64,000 bases of DNA from Octopus sinensis (GCF_006345805.1 NC_042998.1:5084001-5148000), one strand, 5' to 3'. Shown: positions 11,701-26,841, counted from the stretch's first letter. Program-made: numbers and translations. The notes: generated by a model from the sequence alone, not told the origin.

Positions 11701-14149
11701 CGCTTCGAGGAAGTAGTTTTACGTAAGACTTTATGTGAAAAAGGAATATAGTCAGACATTTAGATCAAACCTAAAAAATACTGGTGCCTCATGTTTTTAA
11801 ACTCCATTAAATGTATACTGTAATTACAGTATCTAATGTAACCAACTATATGTAGTCTAGAATGTAACTATAGATTTTAACCAACACTACATGTAATAGT
11901 CAACTGTAAATTCCGGGGGGTTTATATACAGTTTCTTCGCGAACAGAAATTTTACATCAGCCAGAGTTATATAAATCTTGTGTCGAGATTTCTTCTTTGA
12001 CTGAATACTCACTGAGACACTGTTTTTAAATGAATTATTGGAGAAAATGTAGTCAAATGAGATAGACCTATTTGCAGATTTGACGCACCATTCTAGCTAC
12101 TTCTAGCTAGTGTGTTGTTTTTATATTTTCAAATTTTTTATAGTACTATAATCGATGAATTTTAGCCGAGATGATATATAATTTATAGCTGTATAATAAC
12201 CATCCTGGCTTTAAAGAGATAAGCTGCAGTTTTGTACACACGGCATGACAGCTAAAACAATGTTAATGAACTCCTAATTTGTTAATTGATTAATTAGTAA
12301 TCAAAAATATGTAAAGTTTGCAAATAACTCATCTCATTCACTTAAATAGTGAGCAATAGTGGATTGCTTGTTGGGCAGTAAAAGAATGTAATCAATTCGT
12401 GACGATGTCCCAGCGCAGGATTGAAACTAGATCGGCTAATCCCGCTTTTCTGTTAATGAACATATTTTCTTTAATGTCCAGTGTTGAAAATCCTTTTTAT
12501 TCATGTCTGTTACAGTGTTTGACTGAAACATGTTCACCCATCCTAGAAAACATTACAGCAGTGAAACAATGGTCTGATAACATACAAGCACCAGTATTTC
12601 ATGCAAAGTGCGTATTTTGTCATATGTTACAGGAGATTATGAATAATGTGATTACTTAACATTAATAACAAAGCAGCTTATCAGTGTGATTATTTCGAGA
12701 TTTGCAAATTAGATATTAATATTTAAATATCATTATACAATCTGTAGCCGGTAGAAGTAAGGGCATATGCTTCTTTTAGATTTAACTCTTCAAATATGAA
12801 ACAATAATTATGATTTAAGTATTAATGGATAAATCGCTATAAAATGCTTTCAACTTATTTCGTATGTGTGTTGTTGTTGCTATTTCTTCCTTTCATAGAA
12901 TCTTCTCGTTTTATAGACTCATCTGTCAAATGTCAGATAGCAGTGTGATACCTAACGAATATTTTCATCAATTACGGATGTCATACATTATTACCAAATT
13001 ATATATATATATGTATCTTTGGCTCCTCTCTATAACACAATCACACACACACACAAATAAATTCATATAAATACATGTATGTGTGTGTGAGTGTGTCTGT
13101 GTGATAGAGAAAATGTGCTAGAAATATTAAGTTAAAGTATATCATATAAAAATAAATCCTTTCGAGTTGCTGGAAAATTATTATTGCCCCTCTGATGATA
13201 AGGAAATATAATTCATAGTTAACATTTCTGAAAATGTTAGAGAGTAATAAACTAAATAAATATTTCTTAAATTACCAAATATGTCACTCGGATGATTACA
13301 AAATATCTTTAATTAGGCCCAGAACAAAACTCTAAATAACAAACAGCTGCTTTAGTAAGAGACAGAAATATAAGTTTATTTGCTTGGTTATGTATTTATT
13401 TTTTTAATTATCTCTTCTCAAGAGAATTCTATAGTGCTGAAAAGATTAAAAAATTATATTTTATTATAAATATTTTCAGCTGCAATTATAAGTTGTTAAT
13501 ATTACATTTTTCGTTTCTTGTACTCATACCCTCTCTTTTTCTATTTCTTTTTGTTTTAGACTCTTCCATTATAACTTTTCCACATTTTTAGGTACTCAAG
13601 ATATAATCCATAGCTGTAGGTTGCAACGTGATCAACAATCTGTTATAAAATTACATGATGTAATCCGAAATAGATGAGTTATTCCCAGTGGAATACATCT
13701 CTCCTTACTTTACACATATGGCCTAAACGAATGCCGATGGCAAAGGTATCAAAACATTTTTCAGCGAAAACTGTGTGCACTAATTAGTAATTATAACTCA
13801 CTGTATACCGTATTTAAAGTCACCTTTGAGGATTCTTTTTCAAATAGCCGTCACCAACCATTTCTCTGTCGTCAAAATATTTATTCCGATAAACATTAGA
13901 AGATTATGGTATAAAGCGTCTCATATTAGTTCCTTGAACAACACTTGCTTGTGAAACCACAAGAAGTCAAGTCTATTAATTATTCATATCTACGCACTTA
14001 ATGTAATCTTAGTGGTAAACTAAAGATTTTGGATAGTTACTTCTATACTTTCCACACAGCCAAATTCTTGAACGCCAAAGCCCGCAAGCCCTTTGAACAA
14101 TAATGAAAGCCATTGCATACAATTTCTAGCACAATCAGTGTGGTTTGTG

Positions 14150-14820
14150 TAACACACCATCAGCAATGCAATTTATAACTGCTTTAAAAAGTCGGGGAAT
14201 TTTTTAAAATGCTAACCGCGTAATATGAGAAGTAAATATGCTTGTGTCTAGATTTGAAAAAGCTTTGAACCAAATTCGTAGCTTTGTTTCACCCGTCTTG
14301 AATTTTGTAGATTAAGTTTCATTGCACTCCTGATTTCTTCTGCAGTTTTTATTCCATTGTCTGTTCACAAATAGTCGCACTTCATATATCTATGCATTTG
14401 AGATTGTTTGCGTTATCATCATATATGTATGCTGTGCGATTGCTAACTTATTCAATCTCTTCAGCTCGAAAACGATAGATTTATATTAAATTTATCTCAT
14501 CTCCTTCAGTGTAGTATTATTTAGTAGAATCTCACCTTATCCAGCCCATTTAACTTTTTGCATAGATGCCTAACTCAACTTTGACAAACGTGGGGCAAAT
14601 GATACCTTTTTCAGAAAGTGTAAACTCACTAACCCTTCCAATAAAGTGACACTCATATCCAATTTTATGAATGTCATCTTCGCTTAACTTCAACTTCGTG
14701 AGTTTAGCTTTACGATTCCCTTGTACCATGAGCTGATATTCATGTTTCGATCACCATTCTTTTAATTCAGGTGTATTTTCATTATTCAATTTCTTTCTCT
14801 ACATTAATGAAATTGTGGTT
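14150..14820 (-). pseudogene. Possible hAT-type transposase C-terminal remnant
   Basis: Weak motif echoes only (LNxxLQG-like, HFPT-like, FS-like segments), with many stops. Confidence 0.3.
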
Positions 14821-15370
14821 GTTCAAATCTAATCATACACACTTCTACGCTGACAATATAACCAATCACGGCATCTTAAACTTTCGTACACAGATGTTTT
14901 CAGCGTTGAAATATATGAATGAGTGACAATCTTTTATAATGTTTATGGGACAAGAACCTAGAAAACATACGATAATTGGAATATGACTAAACTTTATTTC
15001 ATAAATATTTCTGTTTTACAATTTCTCATCTTTCATCTCAGATGTTTCCTCCTAGCAATTTTGAACCTTTCAGCAAGACCCATTAACGTTATGACCAATA
15101 CTTAGAATGATTTAGCAGGTACATTGTACAACCAAACCAAAAGATATCACTTATTGGTTGCATTATCACACCCAGTAATTATTTCTCTCTCCTTTTCTCT
15201 ACTTCTCTTCATATCTCTCTATCTCTTTATCTACTCTCTCCCTATCCCCTCCTTCTTGCTCTTTGCATCACTATTCTTCTTAATATTCTATGAATACTAT
15301 ATTACAAATATCATTCTGAAGTTATGAAAGGTGCACAATCTATTTCCCCAATTCCACTCCTTGCTACTAA

Positions 15371-18342
15371 CTAGGTATATTTCATCGTGAGCTACGGGTT
15401 TTACTAACCCGACGCTTTACAAAATATTTTTTGAATTTTTTTCCAGTAAAAATTACAATTTTTCATAAATTCATTATAAATATGAATCTGTAAAATTTCT
15501 AGCAGATCATTAACAAAACCTGTCACAGTACTCAATGCGAATAATTAAACATTAGATGTTCGGTGTCATGGCACATATAAGCATGGGGTATGGCACCTAT
15601 AAGCACTAAAAATGAAATCTGCCAACGTATGAATGAATATCTCCCAAAACGTTAATGGCCAATTAATTGCACCAAAATTAAAGAAAAGCGATATGCTGTT
15701 TATTGACGTTATGTTGCATCAATTGATATACACGAATAACCTCCCTTGCTTTGAGTTTAGATCGACTTCAACTGCGTATTGTCTCCGTTTTCTCGTATTA
15801 AATTCTAAAATAAAATTTATGATTTCGATGATGATGGCAACTTCGATGATGATGATGATGATGATGATGATGAAATGGACGCCGACATGGATGTTTGGAT
15901 ATGGAGTTTGACGACGAAGATGTCGATGTCCACAACGACCGCCCACATCATTTCGATGCTGACGATGTTACCAAATTCTATGGCACCTATTACAGTGTAT
16001 GGCTCTGACGTCAATTGTACATAATCATAGTCGGACGCCTCATACGACCATCGTGAAGAACATCTCCTTGAAGTACCCTGCCTAGTAGTTCTACGAATTA
16101 CATTACCCTCAACTCGGTTATCTCGATCAGTTGGGATTTCTGCAGCTCTAGCAGCAGCAGCAGCATTTGCTGCAGCACCAGCACTCTGATGCAACAGACG
16201 CTGTTCTTGAGTCTCTGCTGCCGCAGGATCTTTGTTCCGATAGACTGCACGGTGTCCGTCAGGCTCTGCTGCTCGAGCATCAGCAGTCACTGCAGCATTT
16301 CGCTTCCGACAGACCGTATGCTCTCCGTCAGTCTCTGCTGCTCGACCAGCATCAGCAGCAGTAGCAGCAGTTATTTTGTGACGTATCAAACGATGTTCAT
16401 CGGTAGCCATTGTTCTTGAAATAGCTCTTCTCAAAGCATTTTGTGTTAACCTACTATTAGTGTCTTTTTTCTGGCGTTTCATTAGCTTACCTGTTTTTCC
16501 CTTTAGAAACTCGCGCAGTGTTGCCCCCGATTGAAGGCGAGATCGTCTAGGTATGGTTATCTTTGAATCGACAAAAACACTTAAACAATAAACTTATTCG
16601 CCAATGGTGACAAATTTTTACGCCTTATACATTCCAGCATTACATGGGACCCGAAACATGGCTGATGCAGTATCTAGTATATTGGATTGTTCTTTTGACA
16701 ATAATTACAAAGGATATTAATGGTAAAAGGTCTATGATGGTTTAAGTGCGTCGCAAGCTTGTCTATAAATACTACTTATAGGCCCCCAAAATTGTTTATA
16801 ACGATTGCAAATAATGTTTACGTAAAAACCTGAAATAGAAGGTAAAATGGCATAAGACATATAAGTTTTGGCTATTTAAGTATGGCTGTAAGCCTGGTTA
16901 CTGATGCCGGAATTTATTTGCAGAAGTTAAAGGCCGATTTAAAAAAAAGAGAATGCAATATCAAAGGATTACCAAGAAGATGTGATTTCTGCAACTGAAC
17001 TTCAGGTTTTGTTGATCCGTATTGCGTGTATGCGTTCATGAACTACTAGGTATTGATTTTCTGTACACAACCTGCATACAAAAACATCGCTAGTGCATAC
17101 AGATTAGATTAAACCCTGAAAATGCACGTGTGCTTTAATTGCATTGACAAAACTCTGTATCCAGTTAAATAAGATAAAGAAATTTCGCGAGCTATCTTTA
17201 AAATAATATTATTAACTGTAGTTTACACGTGTAGTTAAAAAACGATGCGTCTCAGTAAAAACAGGATTTTTAAGTAAAAGCGTGAAAATACTGAAATAAT
17301 TAGGGATGTTTCATCTGAATCTAGTGCAAAAATACTATAATCGCCAGAAAGTGTAGGCCAAAAACCAGTTTAAACTACTTATTTTGGGCGTTTTGAATTA
17401 AATGTGTTCATATAAGCTTTTAAGAAATTCTGTTAGGGATTGAAGAACTTTCGGCTAAAAAATTGTTTTCATCCCATTTAGTTGCGGATATTCCCCCATT
17501 TAAAGCGGATGACCCAGAAAATATTTTGCTTCAAACAGTTCTTGTCTCAAAATTGATGTTGATGTGCAATCTGGAGCAAATGGGTAGCAAAAGGCAGAAG
17601 TTATTGACTAAACAACGATTTTCAGCTCAATCATTTGCAGATGTTTCACCGTAAAGCACTAACGACATTGAGGAAAAATTGATCAAACTAATATGTTGAC
17701 CACAAGTACTGTTCCTACCAAATCTGAAGTAAATCGGTTGCAGCGAATAGGTATTATTAAATGTTTAATTTGCAAGTTCAACAAAAAATACACTTTTCAC
17801 TGCTTTTCGCACTCTCCGTGCAACATGGCTTCCATTGAAAAAAGTTAAACCACATAATTAAATTAAACCACGTAATTTTCGTAGCATGACAAATTTTTTG
17901 CAACAAATTTTAACAAAATCAGTTGCAGCTTTTAGAAGTTATAAACAGTTCAATTTTCGAGTTTTAAGAAAAAATCGATTTTTTCAATTTTTCGAGTTTT
18001 TCGTGCAACGCGGCCGTGTTTTGAGAAAGTTTAACCACTCTGCATAAACTTCACAGCATTACAAATTTTTGCAAAATGTTTGAAGAAAATCGGTTACTCC
18101 TGTGAAAAGCTTACCCGCGTGCAACTTTTACCTTCCTTTTTGCAAAAAAGTTGAATTTATCGATTTTATCGATATTTGTCCAAACGCAAGTTTTTTCAAA
18201 AACTTTTTAAGCTGGGAACTATTCCTGGTAAATTTACAATCTAATGGTGAATATTTCATTAAAATAGGTTGGGTGGATCTCGAGTTTTAACGTCTTGACA
18301 AACACAATGACAGACACACATCCTGTGTTTTATATACATAGA
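15371..18342 (-). mobile_element. Helitron (~3 kb, non-autonomous or deleted)
   Basis: Minus strand starts A|TCtatgtatataaaacacaggatgtgtgtctgtc and ends ...cccgtagctcacgatgaaatatacCTAG|T. It contains a Rep-helicase N-terminal-like ORF. Confidence 0.8.
15817..16482 (-). pseudogene. Degraded N-terminus of Helitron Rep/helicase protein
   Basis: Repeated RAAET/RAAEP/AAETQEQR units followed by YDY...VIGA, resembling the N-terminal region that precedes the Helitron zinc finger and Rep domain. Confidence 0.65.
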
Positions 18343-18349
18343 TACAGAT

Positions 18350-18482
18350 GTGTGTGCGTGTGTGTGCGTGTGGGTGCGTGTGCTGTGTGTGTGTGTGTGT
18401 GTTTGTCCTTCCATCACCGCTTGACAATCGGTTTCGGTGTGTCCCCGTAAATTAGTGGTTCAGCAAAAGACACCAATAGAGT
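18350..18482 (+). mobile_element. 3' part of a SINE family A copy
   Basis: (TG)n followed by tttgtccttccatcaccgcttgacaatcgg...tccccgtaaattagtggttcagcaaaagacaccaatag. Confidence 0.7.
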
Positions 18483-18585
18483 AAATGCACATATACATGC
18501 ATTACATACACATACTTCTGTGTGTGCAAATAGTGTAAGTACATACTTTCCTGTATAATAATTATAATAATTATAATAATAATAA

Positions 18586-18745
18586 TCCTTTCTACTCTAG
18601 GCACAAGGCCTTGAAATTTTGGGGGAAGGAACTAGTCGACTACAACGATTCCAGTACACAACTGGTACTTAATCTATCGACCCACAAAGGATGAAAGGCA
18701 AAGTCGACCTCGGCGGAATTTGAACTTAGAACGTAAAGACGGGCA
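18586..18745 (-). mobile_element. SINE family C with tail C2
   Basis: Core aggatgaaaggcaaagtcgacctcggcggaatttgaact with tail ctttctactctaggcacaaggcc, next to (TAA)n. Confidence 0.88.
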
Positions 18746-19994
18746 AACACCATCGCTAATTTAAATAATAGAGCAAAAATATGAATGAAGAAATAAGTGA
18801 GATAACGATAAGACAAAGAAAAGAGAGAGAGAAGAACTGAAATAATCGAACAATATAAAAAACGAAAATAAAACAATATATTAATAGCCAAAAGCATGAG
18901 ATACGGAAGAATATTTTACGTAAAGCCCCAAACTATTTATGCTATAGACAGGAGTCTTTTAGAAATATCACATAAGTTGTAACTGAAGAAATCTCAACAT
19001 GATTTGTAAGAGAATTTGTCATAATATTAATAAAATAGACATATATATCTTTTCATGAATTATTAAAGATGTCTTCCTATGAAATCGCTAATATTCTGAA
19101 GTACGAGATTGGACTCGATTTTGACAGTAAATCATTCATCGCAAAAGCAACATTCTGACCTCTAGTAATTTATTGACAAAACTAACCGAAATTCTAATAA
19201 TTTTTATTGATCAATGAATCTTTAAACTTCTATTCTGGTTGAAATAAAGCTTATTGACTATAGGTGCGCATGCCATTTATTTCATATATTTATTTTTATA
19301 CTTCTTTCAGTTTATGCGTTCATATACTGCACGCATAATATACACACGTATATAGGCTCAAACAGAAAAAAAGATACGTACGCAATGACATACATACATC
19401 GAGATGCAGATATCATTTGTGTGCTTACGACTGTTTATTTATTTGTGTACATACGCATATAAATACATAACCTTTTCTAAAATCGTTTTTAAAAATCTCT
19501 TGCATATTTGCTTATTCATATATTTCGTTGATTGAATGAAAAATTTATAAGGAAACATAAAATTTTATACCAGAAAACTCTCGTGAATTATGGATTAGTG
19601 CATACTTAAGTTTTCTTGACCGGATATACACACGATCATTGTAACATTAACTTCTATTTATCAAATAATAATAAATATATGCCTAATGTAAGACATCTGT
19701 AAGTTATTAAATAATATGTATGAACGTTAGATATGTCAGCCGTATACTTATATGTGTGCTATGTATCTCAGTGCGTACGGAGGTGCATCTAGGCAAATTT
19801 ATGTTTGTCTGCGAGCTCATATATTTTTATATTTTACCTTTGAGATAACATCTATAGTTGAATAACAAAATATGTTAAACGCGAATAAATTATATATATA
19901 TTGAATAAAATAGTCCAAGTCCTTATCATAATATAGCTTTCATTAAATAACACATATATATAATATATATATATATAGGTACACAATTAGCTAC

Positions 19995-20525
<531 letters not shown>

Positions 20526-21358
20526 ATATTGTGTCACTAAGTTAAATGAATACAAGATTCTGCAATCATAAAGTGAAAAATCAAACCTAAGCGGGAAATA
20601 AATCTTTTATTGCTAAAGAGTTACGGAAGTTATTGAATTTTTTGTGTTCCTTTGTTTTTAATTCTTGAATTCTTGGCATTTTTTCTGAGCAACGTTTGAT
20701 AGTGAAGTTTCATCAATTAATTTGCAGTTTATAAAAGGGATAACAATAGTCTCCATTCATTCCACAAAAGGTACTTTGCATTTTGATTATCCAAATATTT
20801 TCTGTGTTCTTATTTCATTGATCAATCACTTGGTAATTTATAGCACGAAGTAATAATGTTCTTGATTTCCATTTGATGACGATTTTAACTATAAATTAAA
20901 GTGCTGTCTTCTTGTGAAATATTTCCAACAAGATTTGTTCTCCTTTACTTATACAACAATTGGAACGAAGCTAGGTTGGTTTTGTTTCTTTTTTCACTTC
21001 AGGAAACAAAACAGTATCTTTATAGTTTCTTCAGCATTTACTTTCCCAACTAAGAATATCCCTCGTGCTAAGAGGGCTGCGATGTGACAATGATTCACTA
21101 AATGTTTGAAACTTTTACTCAAAAAGAACAGTTCAATTGATTAAAATGCCGCCTTTTAATTAGAACTTGAAATATTTAAATATTCCATATATAGAACATT
21201 TATTGAAAGGGAGCATTTTTATACTTATTTATCAATGGTGCTAGGTCCTTCGAAGTCTGCGAAAGGTCTATAGAATATTGCTTATGGACTGTGCCTGTTG
21301 GATACATAAGCATTATATATATATATAATTATATATAGATAGATAGATATATATACAT

Positions 21359-21500
21359 AGGTGTAGGCGTGGTTATGTGGTAAGAAGCTTGCTTCCCAAT
21401 CACGTGATTCCGGGTTCAATCTTCTACAATTGCGCCGGGCCGACCAAAATGTAGTGAATGGATTGACTAAATGGAAACTGAAAGAAACTGTCATATAAAT
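21359..21500 (+). mobile_element. 5' half of a diverged SINE family A
   Basis: ggcgtggttatgtggtaagaagcttgcttcccaatcacgtgattccgggttcaatc...ggaaactgaaagaaac. Confidence 0.8.
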
Positions 21501-21811
21501 AAATATATATATATATATATTTCAAAATGTGACCTCGTGTGTACCGTTGGCGATTTTTTTTCCTCTGTCTTCCCTTCTCGGGATCTTTCCTTCTCCTCTG
21601 TTTCCGACGAAGAGCTCCGCTCGAAACGTTAAACCCCCCTTCTTCCCTTCTTTCCTGGGCGTCCAATAATACTATATTGTTCCACGTCCTCGCGTTGTTG
21701 TTTTTTTGTGTCTTCTTGTTTGGATTAACTATATATATATTTATATATATATATATAATATATATATATATATTATATATATATATACACACGCACACAC
21801 ATACATACAAC

Positions 21812-21851
<40 letters not shown>

Positions 21852-22017
21852 GCACACACATACATACAAACATTTATATATATATATATATTGAGAGGGA
21901 GGGAGAAAGAGAAAGAGGTAGATAGATAGAGATAGATAGATACATATATTTATTATTTATTATTTAATTGAACGCGACGCATCCATTTTCAGGTATAAAT
22001 ACATGTGTATGTGTGTG

Positions 22018-22114
<97 letters not shown>

Positions 22115-22606
22115 TGTGTGTGTTTGTGTGTATTATTTTCCTGCCGATATGCCTCTGATAAACTCTAAATAATTATGACGATGTTTGTTACATGGAACGA
22201 GATAAATGTAAATTTCCTTCAAATATAAGAAACTGAAACAGCTGTAAATGTTATTTTAACTACAATTAAACGATGACCATTTAAAACCAATGATCAACTT
22301 ATAATTTTTAATTGTTGCTCAAATTCTTTTCTTATCTGTATATACATGCATATATATAAAAAATAATATATATATATATATTTCAAAATGTGACCTCGTG
22401 TGTACCGTTGGCGATTTTTTTTCCTCTGTCTTCCCTTCTCGGGATCTTTCCTTCTCCTCTGTTTCCGACGAAGAGCTCCGCTCGAAACGTTAAACCCCCC
22501 TTCTTCCCTTCTTTCCTGGGCGTCCAATAATACTATATTTGTTCCACGTCCTCGCGTTGTTGTTTTTTTGTGTCTTCTTGTTTGGATTAACTATATATAT
22601 ATTATT

Positions 22607-22637
<31 letters not shown>

Positions 22638-22668
22638 TATATATACACACACGCACATACATACAAAC

Positions 22669-22713
<45 letters not shown>

Positions 22714-22901
22714 CACATACATACAAACATTATATATATATATATATATAATATATATATATATTGAGAGGGAGGGAGAAAGAGAAAGAGGTAGATAGAT
22801 AGAGATAGATAGATACATATATTTATTATTTATTATTTAATTGAACGCGACGCATCCATTTTCAGGTATAAATACATGTGTATGTGTGTGTATTTATATA
22901 T

Positions 22902-22976
<75 letters not shown>

Positions 22977-23251
22977 GTGTGTGTGTGTGTGTGTGTGGTG
23001 GTGTGTGTGTGTGTGTGTTGTGTGTATTATTTTCCTGCCGATATGCCTCTGATAACTCTAAATAATTATGACGATGTTTGTTACATGGAACGAGATAAAT
23101 GTAAATTCCTTCAAATATAAGAAACTGAAACAGCTGTAAATGTTATTTTAACTACAATTAAACGATGACCATTTAAAACCAATGATCAACTTATAATTTT
23201 TAATTGTTGCTCAAATTCTTTTCTTATCTGTATATACATGCATATATATAA

Positions 23252-23328
<77 letters not shown>

Positions 23329-23620
23329 TGTGTGTGTTGTGTGTGGTGTGTGTGTGTGTGTGTGGTGTGTGTGTGTGTTGTGTGTATTATTTTCCTGCCG
23401 ATATGCCTCTGATAAACTCTAAATAATTATGACGATGTTTGTTACATGGAACGAGATAAATGTAAATTTCCTTCAAATATAAGAAACTGAAACAGCTGTA
23501 AATGTTATTTTAACTACAATTAAACGATGACCATTTAAAACCAATGATCAACTTATAATTTTTAATTGTTGCTCAAATTCTTTTCTTATCTGTATATACA
23601 TGCATATATATAAAAAATAT
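21500..23620. repeat. Tandem duplication/triplication: ~870-bp unit twice plus a third copy of its ~230-bp distal block
   Basis: Block tattattttcctgccgatatgcc...cttatctgtatatacatgc occurs at ~22130, ~23025 and ~23385. Differences are mostly single-base indels and microsatellite lengths. Confidence 0.92.
21520..21732 (+). mobile_element. Penelope-type short repeat with degenerate minimal hammerhead (duplicate at 22380-22592)
   Basis: gttt-CCGACGAA-gagc tcc gctc-GAAA-cgtt-aaac at ~21600-21634, flanked by (TA)n on both sides. Confidence 0.6.
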
Positions 23621-23621
23621 A

Positions 23622-23657
<36 letters not shown>

Positions 23658-23819
23658 TGTATGTATGTATGTATGTATGTATATATGTATTTATATATAT
23701 ATGTGTGTATGTAAATATACATATGTATGTATGTATATATGTATTTATATATATATGTGTGTATGTAAATATACATATGTATATATATATATACATGGGA
23801 GGTGTATATGTGTATGCAT

Positions 23820-24052
23820 ATATGTGTGTGTGTTTGTCTTTGTAAATGTGTTTGTCCCACCACCGCTTGATGACCGGTTAGTGTATTTAAGTGCTCGTAA
23901 TTTAGAAGTTCGGCGAAAGAGGCCGATAGAATAGGAAAGGATTAAATAAATAAGTCCCGAGATAGATTTTTCGACTGAAAGCTTTTGAAATCAGCTCCAG
24001 CAGGGCAGAGGTCATATAACTGTAAGACGGAAAGGTGTAAAACAAGAAAAGA
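23820..24052 (+). mobile_element. 3' half of a diverged SINE family A
   Basis: tgtgtttgtcccaccaccgcttgatgaccgg...gttcggcgaaagaggccgatagaatag...gctccagca. Confidence 0.75.
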
Positions 24053-25356
24053 ATATTATATATATATAAACATATTGTTAGTTATTTACAAGCTAGGACG
24101 AGAACTTCAAATAGGATGTAAGCAAATAGACTACAGAAATTAATGTGAATATGAGGGAAACGAAACAATTCAGCAACGTAGAGGACTATTTTACGTGGAT
24201 AAACTAGTGTACATGGGTCTTGACTACAACTCCTTTGCATATTTGTTGGTGTACCCTTGATAAGAGTGATTGATTCTACGTTCCTTAGTTTCCCTACTTA
24301 TCAGAAATAGGATTAAATATAATATATATCTACCATCCTGAGACGATAATTATCATGATATGAATGAGAAACATACATGTTACATACAGTCTTTCAGATG
24401 GCAAATAATTATGTATGTATATTAAGCGAGATGAGTGAAGATATGTTATGAATACTTACGTGAATGAGATACCTGGGACAAATATTTCACTGAAAAGGCT
24501 TTACTCCTTTTAACTCCAAGAAAATATGCTTCGGTAACTTGAAAGGGGATTATCAAAATGCCTCCGAGAGCGATAGCTTTAAAGGCAGTATGGCTCGTTA
24601 CATATCTGTAATGCAAGGAAAGATATATTCAAGAGAGTTTTTGGTATTTTAAGTGCTGAAAAAAGCTTTAGAATGATTCACTAATGTATAAAGAAATTTC
24701 TCTTTCAACTAAATATCTTCCTTAAAGAATGATAGCGTTGATTTGTTTTTCAATTGCAATTTTAAGGCGAATTGGTACATTTTTTTAATGCTAAATTAGC
24801 TGAAAACTTAATAGGTTCTTGCAAATCAACATTGTGGTTTAAGGTATATACATATTAGCAACCGAAAAGTTTTTCATCATTTGTAGAAACGATGCAGAAG
24901 AATGCCACTGATATGTTACGAAGATATCAAAGATATGTATAACAATATCAAAAGTAACACACTTGATTGTTCCTCAATTCATATGAATTTGTGTAACAAT
25001 AACGATATCGAAACGATGGACATATTTCGTAGTAAACATGTTTGGTAATGCTGTTATACCGAACAAAAAGTTCAGAATAATATATGAAAATCTACACGAA
25101 ACTGAATAGAGTATGAAATAATAGGATATACTAACGGGAATCAAGAATATTCTCATGAAGCTATAAACCTAGAAATACTGTTTAGCTATTTGGGATAAAA
25201 GCGAAGTACATAGATAAAATTAAGTATTGTATACATTCTCTCAGCGAAATATCTAAAACAGGAATAACGACAAAAAATAATGTACAAAGGAAAATATTTT
25301 ATTTTGGAGAATGTTCAAGAAATTTATGTACCATCTGCTCAAGGAGATACGGAATA

Positions 25357-25396
<40 letters not shown>

Positions 25397-25463
25397 GTAT
25401 TTAGGAATGGTCATTTCAACACACGATTTCACATCAAAAATCTTGCAAAACAAATATATAAAC

Positions 25464-25531
<68 letters not shown>

Positions 25532-25669
25532 TATTTATTTAAAATTAAGGATAAAATCTTTATAAGAAATTATCAGTAGTTAGCGTGAAAAACCTCGTAA
25601 GAGAAAAAAATCTGTAAATTTTTCCACTTTGAAAATATTTATTTATATTATATACCCTCTCTCTCTTTT

Positions 25670-25703
<34 letters not shown>

Positions 25704-26543
25704 ACATTGAAGATAATCTGTAACATATTTAAAAATAAAAACACTTTAAACAATTTATATTCAAGTTCAACAAAAATGAAAACATAGGTGGCAACAAAAA
25801 TGACTTTACTAAGTTCATAAGATTGGAATTGCGTGGGAACTAAAGCTCACTATTTTAAAATCAACTCTGGTACATTTAACGCATAACCTCATAATGTACA
25901 CCTTAATATACTTATTGAATATTTCAAAATTGTAAATGAATTAAATTTGAAATCAATAGTATATTTTTAATAAAAGTCATTGGTATTGAACGGTAATAAA
26001 CAAAATTTCAATGTATCTTATGACAAGTGATTTTTTAAAATGACGATAACAGTGTGTGTAGGGAAGTAGATTCGTGAATGAGACAGATATTGCTTAAGAT
26101 AAAATCGATAAGGTAGCAGATGCCCCCCACCCCATCCACGTCGTGTTGACAAAAAACATAGCCAGAGAGAATTATTTACTAAGCGGAATAAATTTGTAAT
26201 TAAAGAAAGAAAATTTTCAATATCGAGAAAGTAAATAAATTATCTAGAGTCTAACACGAGAAACACAATTTTCTTCGGGGTAGCTATCAAGGGATTAAGG
26301 ATTCAGGAAATTGGAAGACGAGGACTGTAAGATAGTCGTAATAGCATATGGAATTTAGATGCAATAATTGCCAAAAATGTGAAGTATCACAAGTTGAATT
26401 TATGAGAGTAAATTATATGTTGATGAACATAGGAAAACGAAGAATTCAGATTTCACTATTTACTTCTTGGATACATTCCATTTCTCATTAGACTTGATTC
26501 TCGAAGACAACCTGTTGGAAACTCAAATAATATCTATATTTCA

Positions 26544-26841
26544 CTAGCAGTATCGCCCGGCGTTGCTCGGGTTTGTAAGGGAAATAACTATATAAGCATT
26601 TTTAGAGAGTTATAGCCAAAATATAGCCAAAAAATGCATTAAAAATGGAAAAGAAATGATAGTAATTTTTTTTTAATCGTTGACTCATCGTAGACGCGCG
26701 CTAATACCCAGAAGGGCTCGATATGAATCACGACTATATGATACCCGGTTTTGGTTAAACTGCACCGCAAAATGTGGGAGTAGTTAGGAATCTAAATCGT
26801 AGGAGACAGACATCACACAACCTCACTTTTATATATAAAGA
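26544..26841 (-). mobile_element. Non-autonomous Helitron (~300 bp)
   Basis: Minus strand A|TCtttatatataaaagtgagg... ending in the cccgagcaacgccggg hairpin plus CTAG|T. Confidence 0.9.

Noticed and set aside
13190-13215. ctgatga-taag-gaaa hammerhead-like string
   Set aside because: No stem II, helix III or stem I pairing; probably chance.
22130-23620. Repeats with variable spacers, superficially CRISPR-like
   Set aside because: The units are ~230 bp, the spacers are microsatellites, the context is eukaryotic and there are no cas genes.
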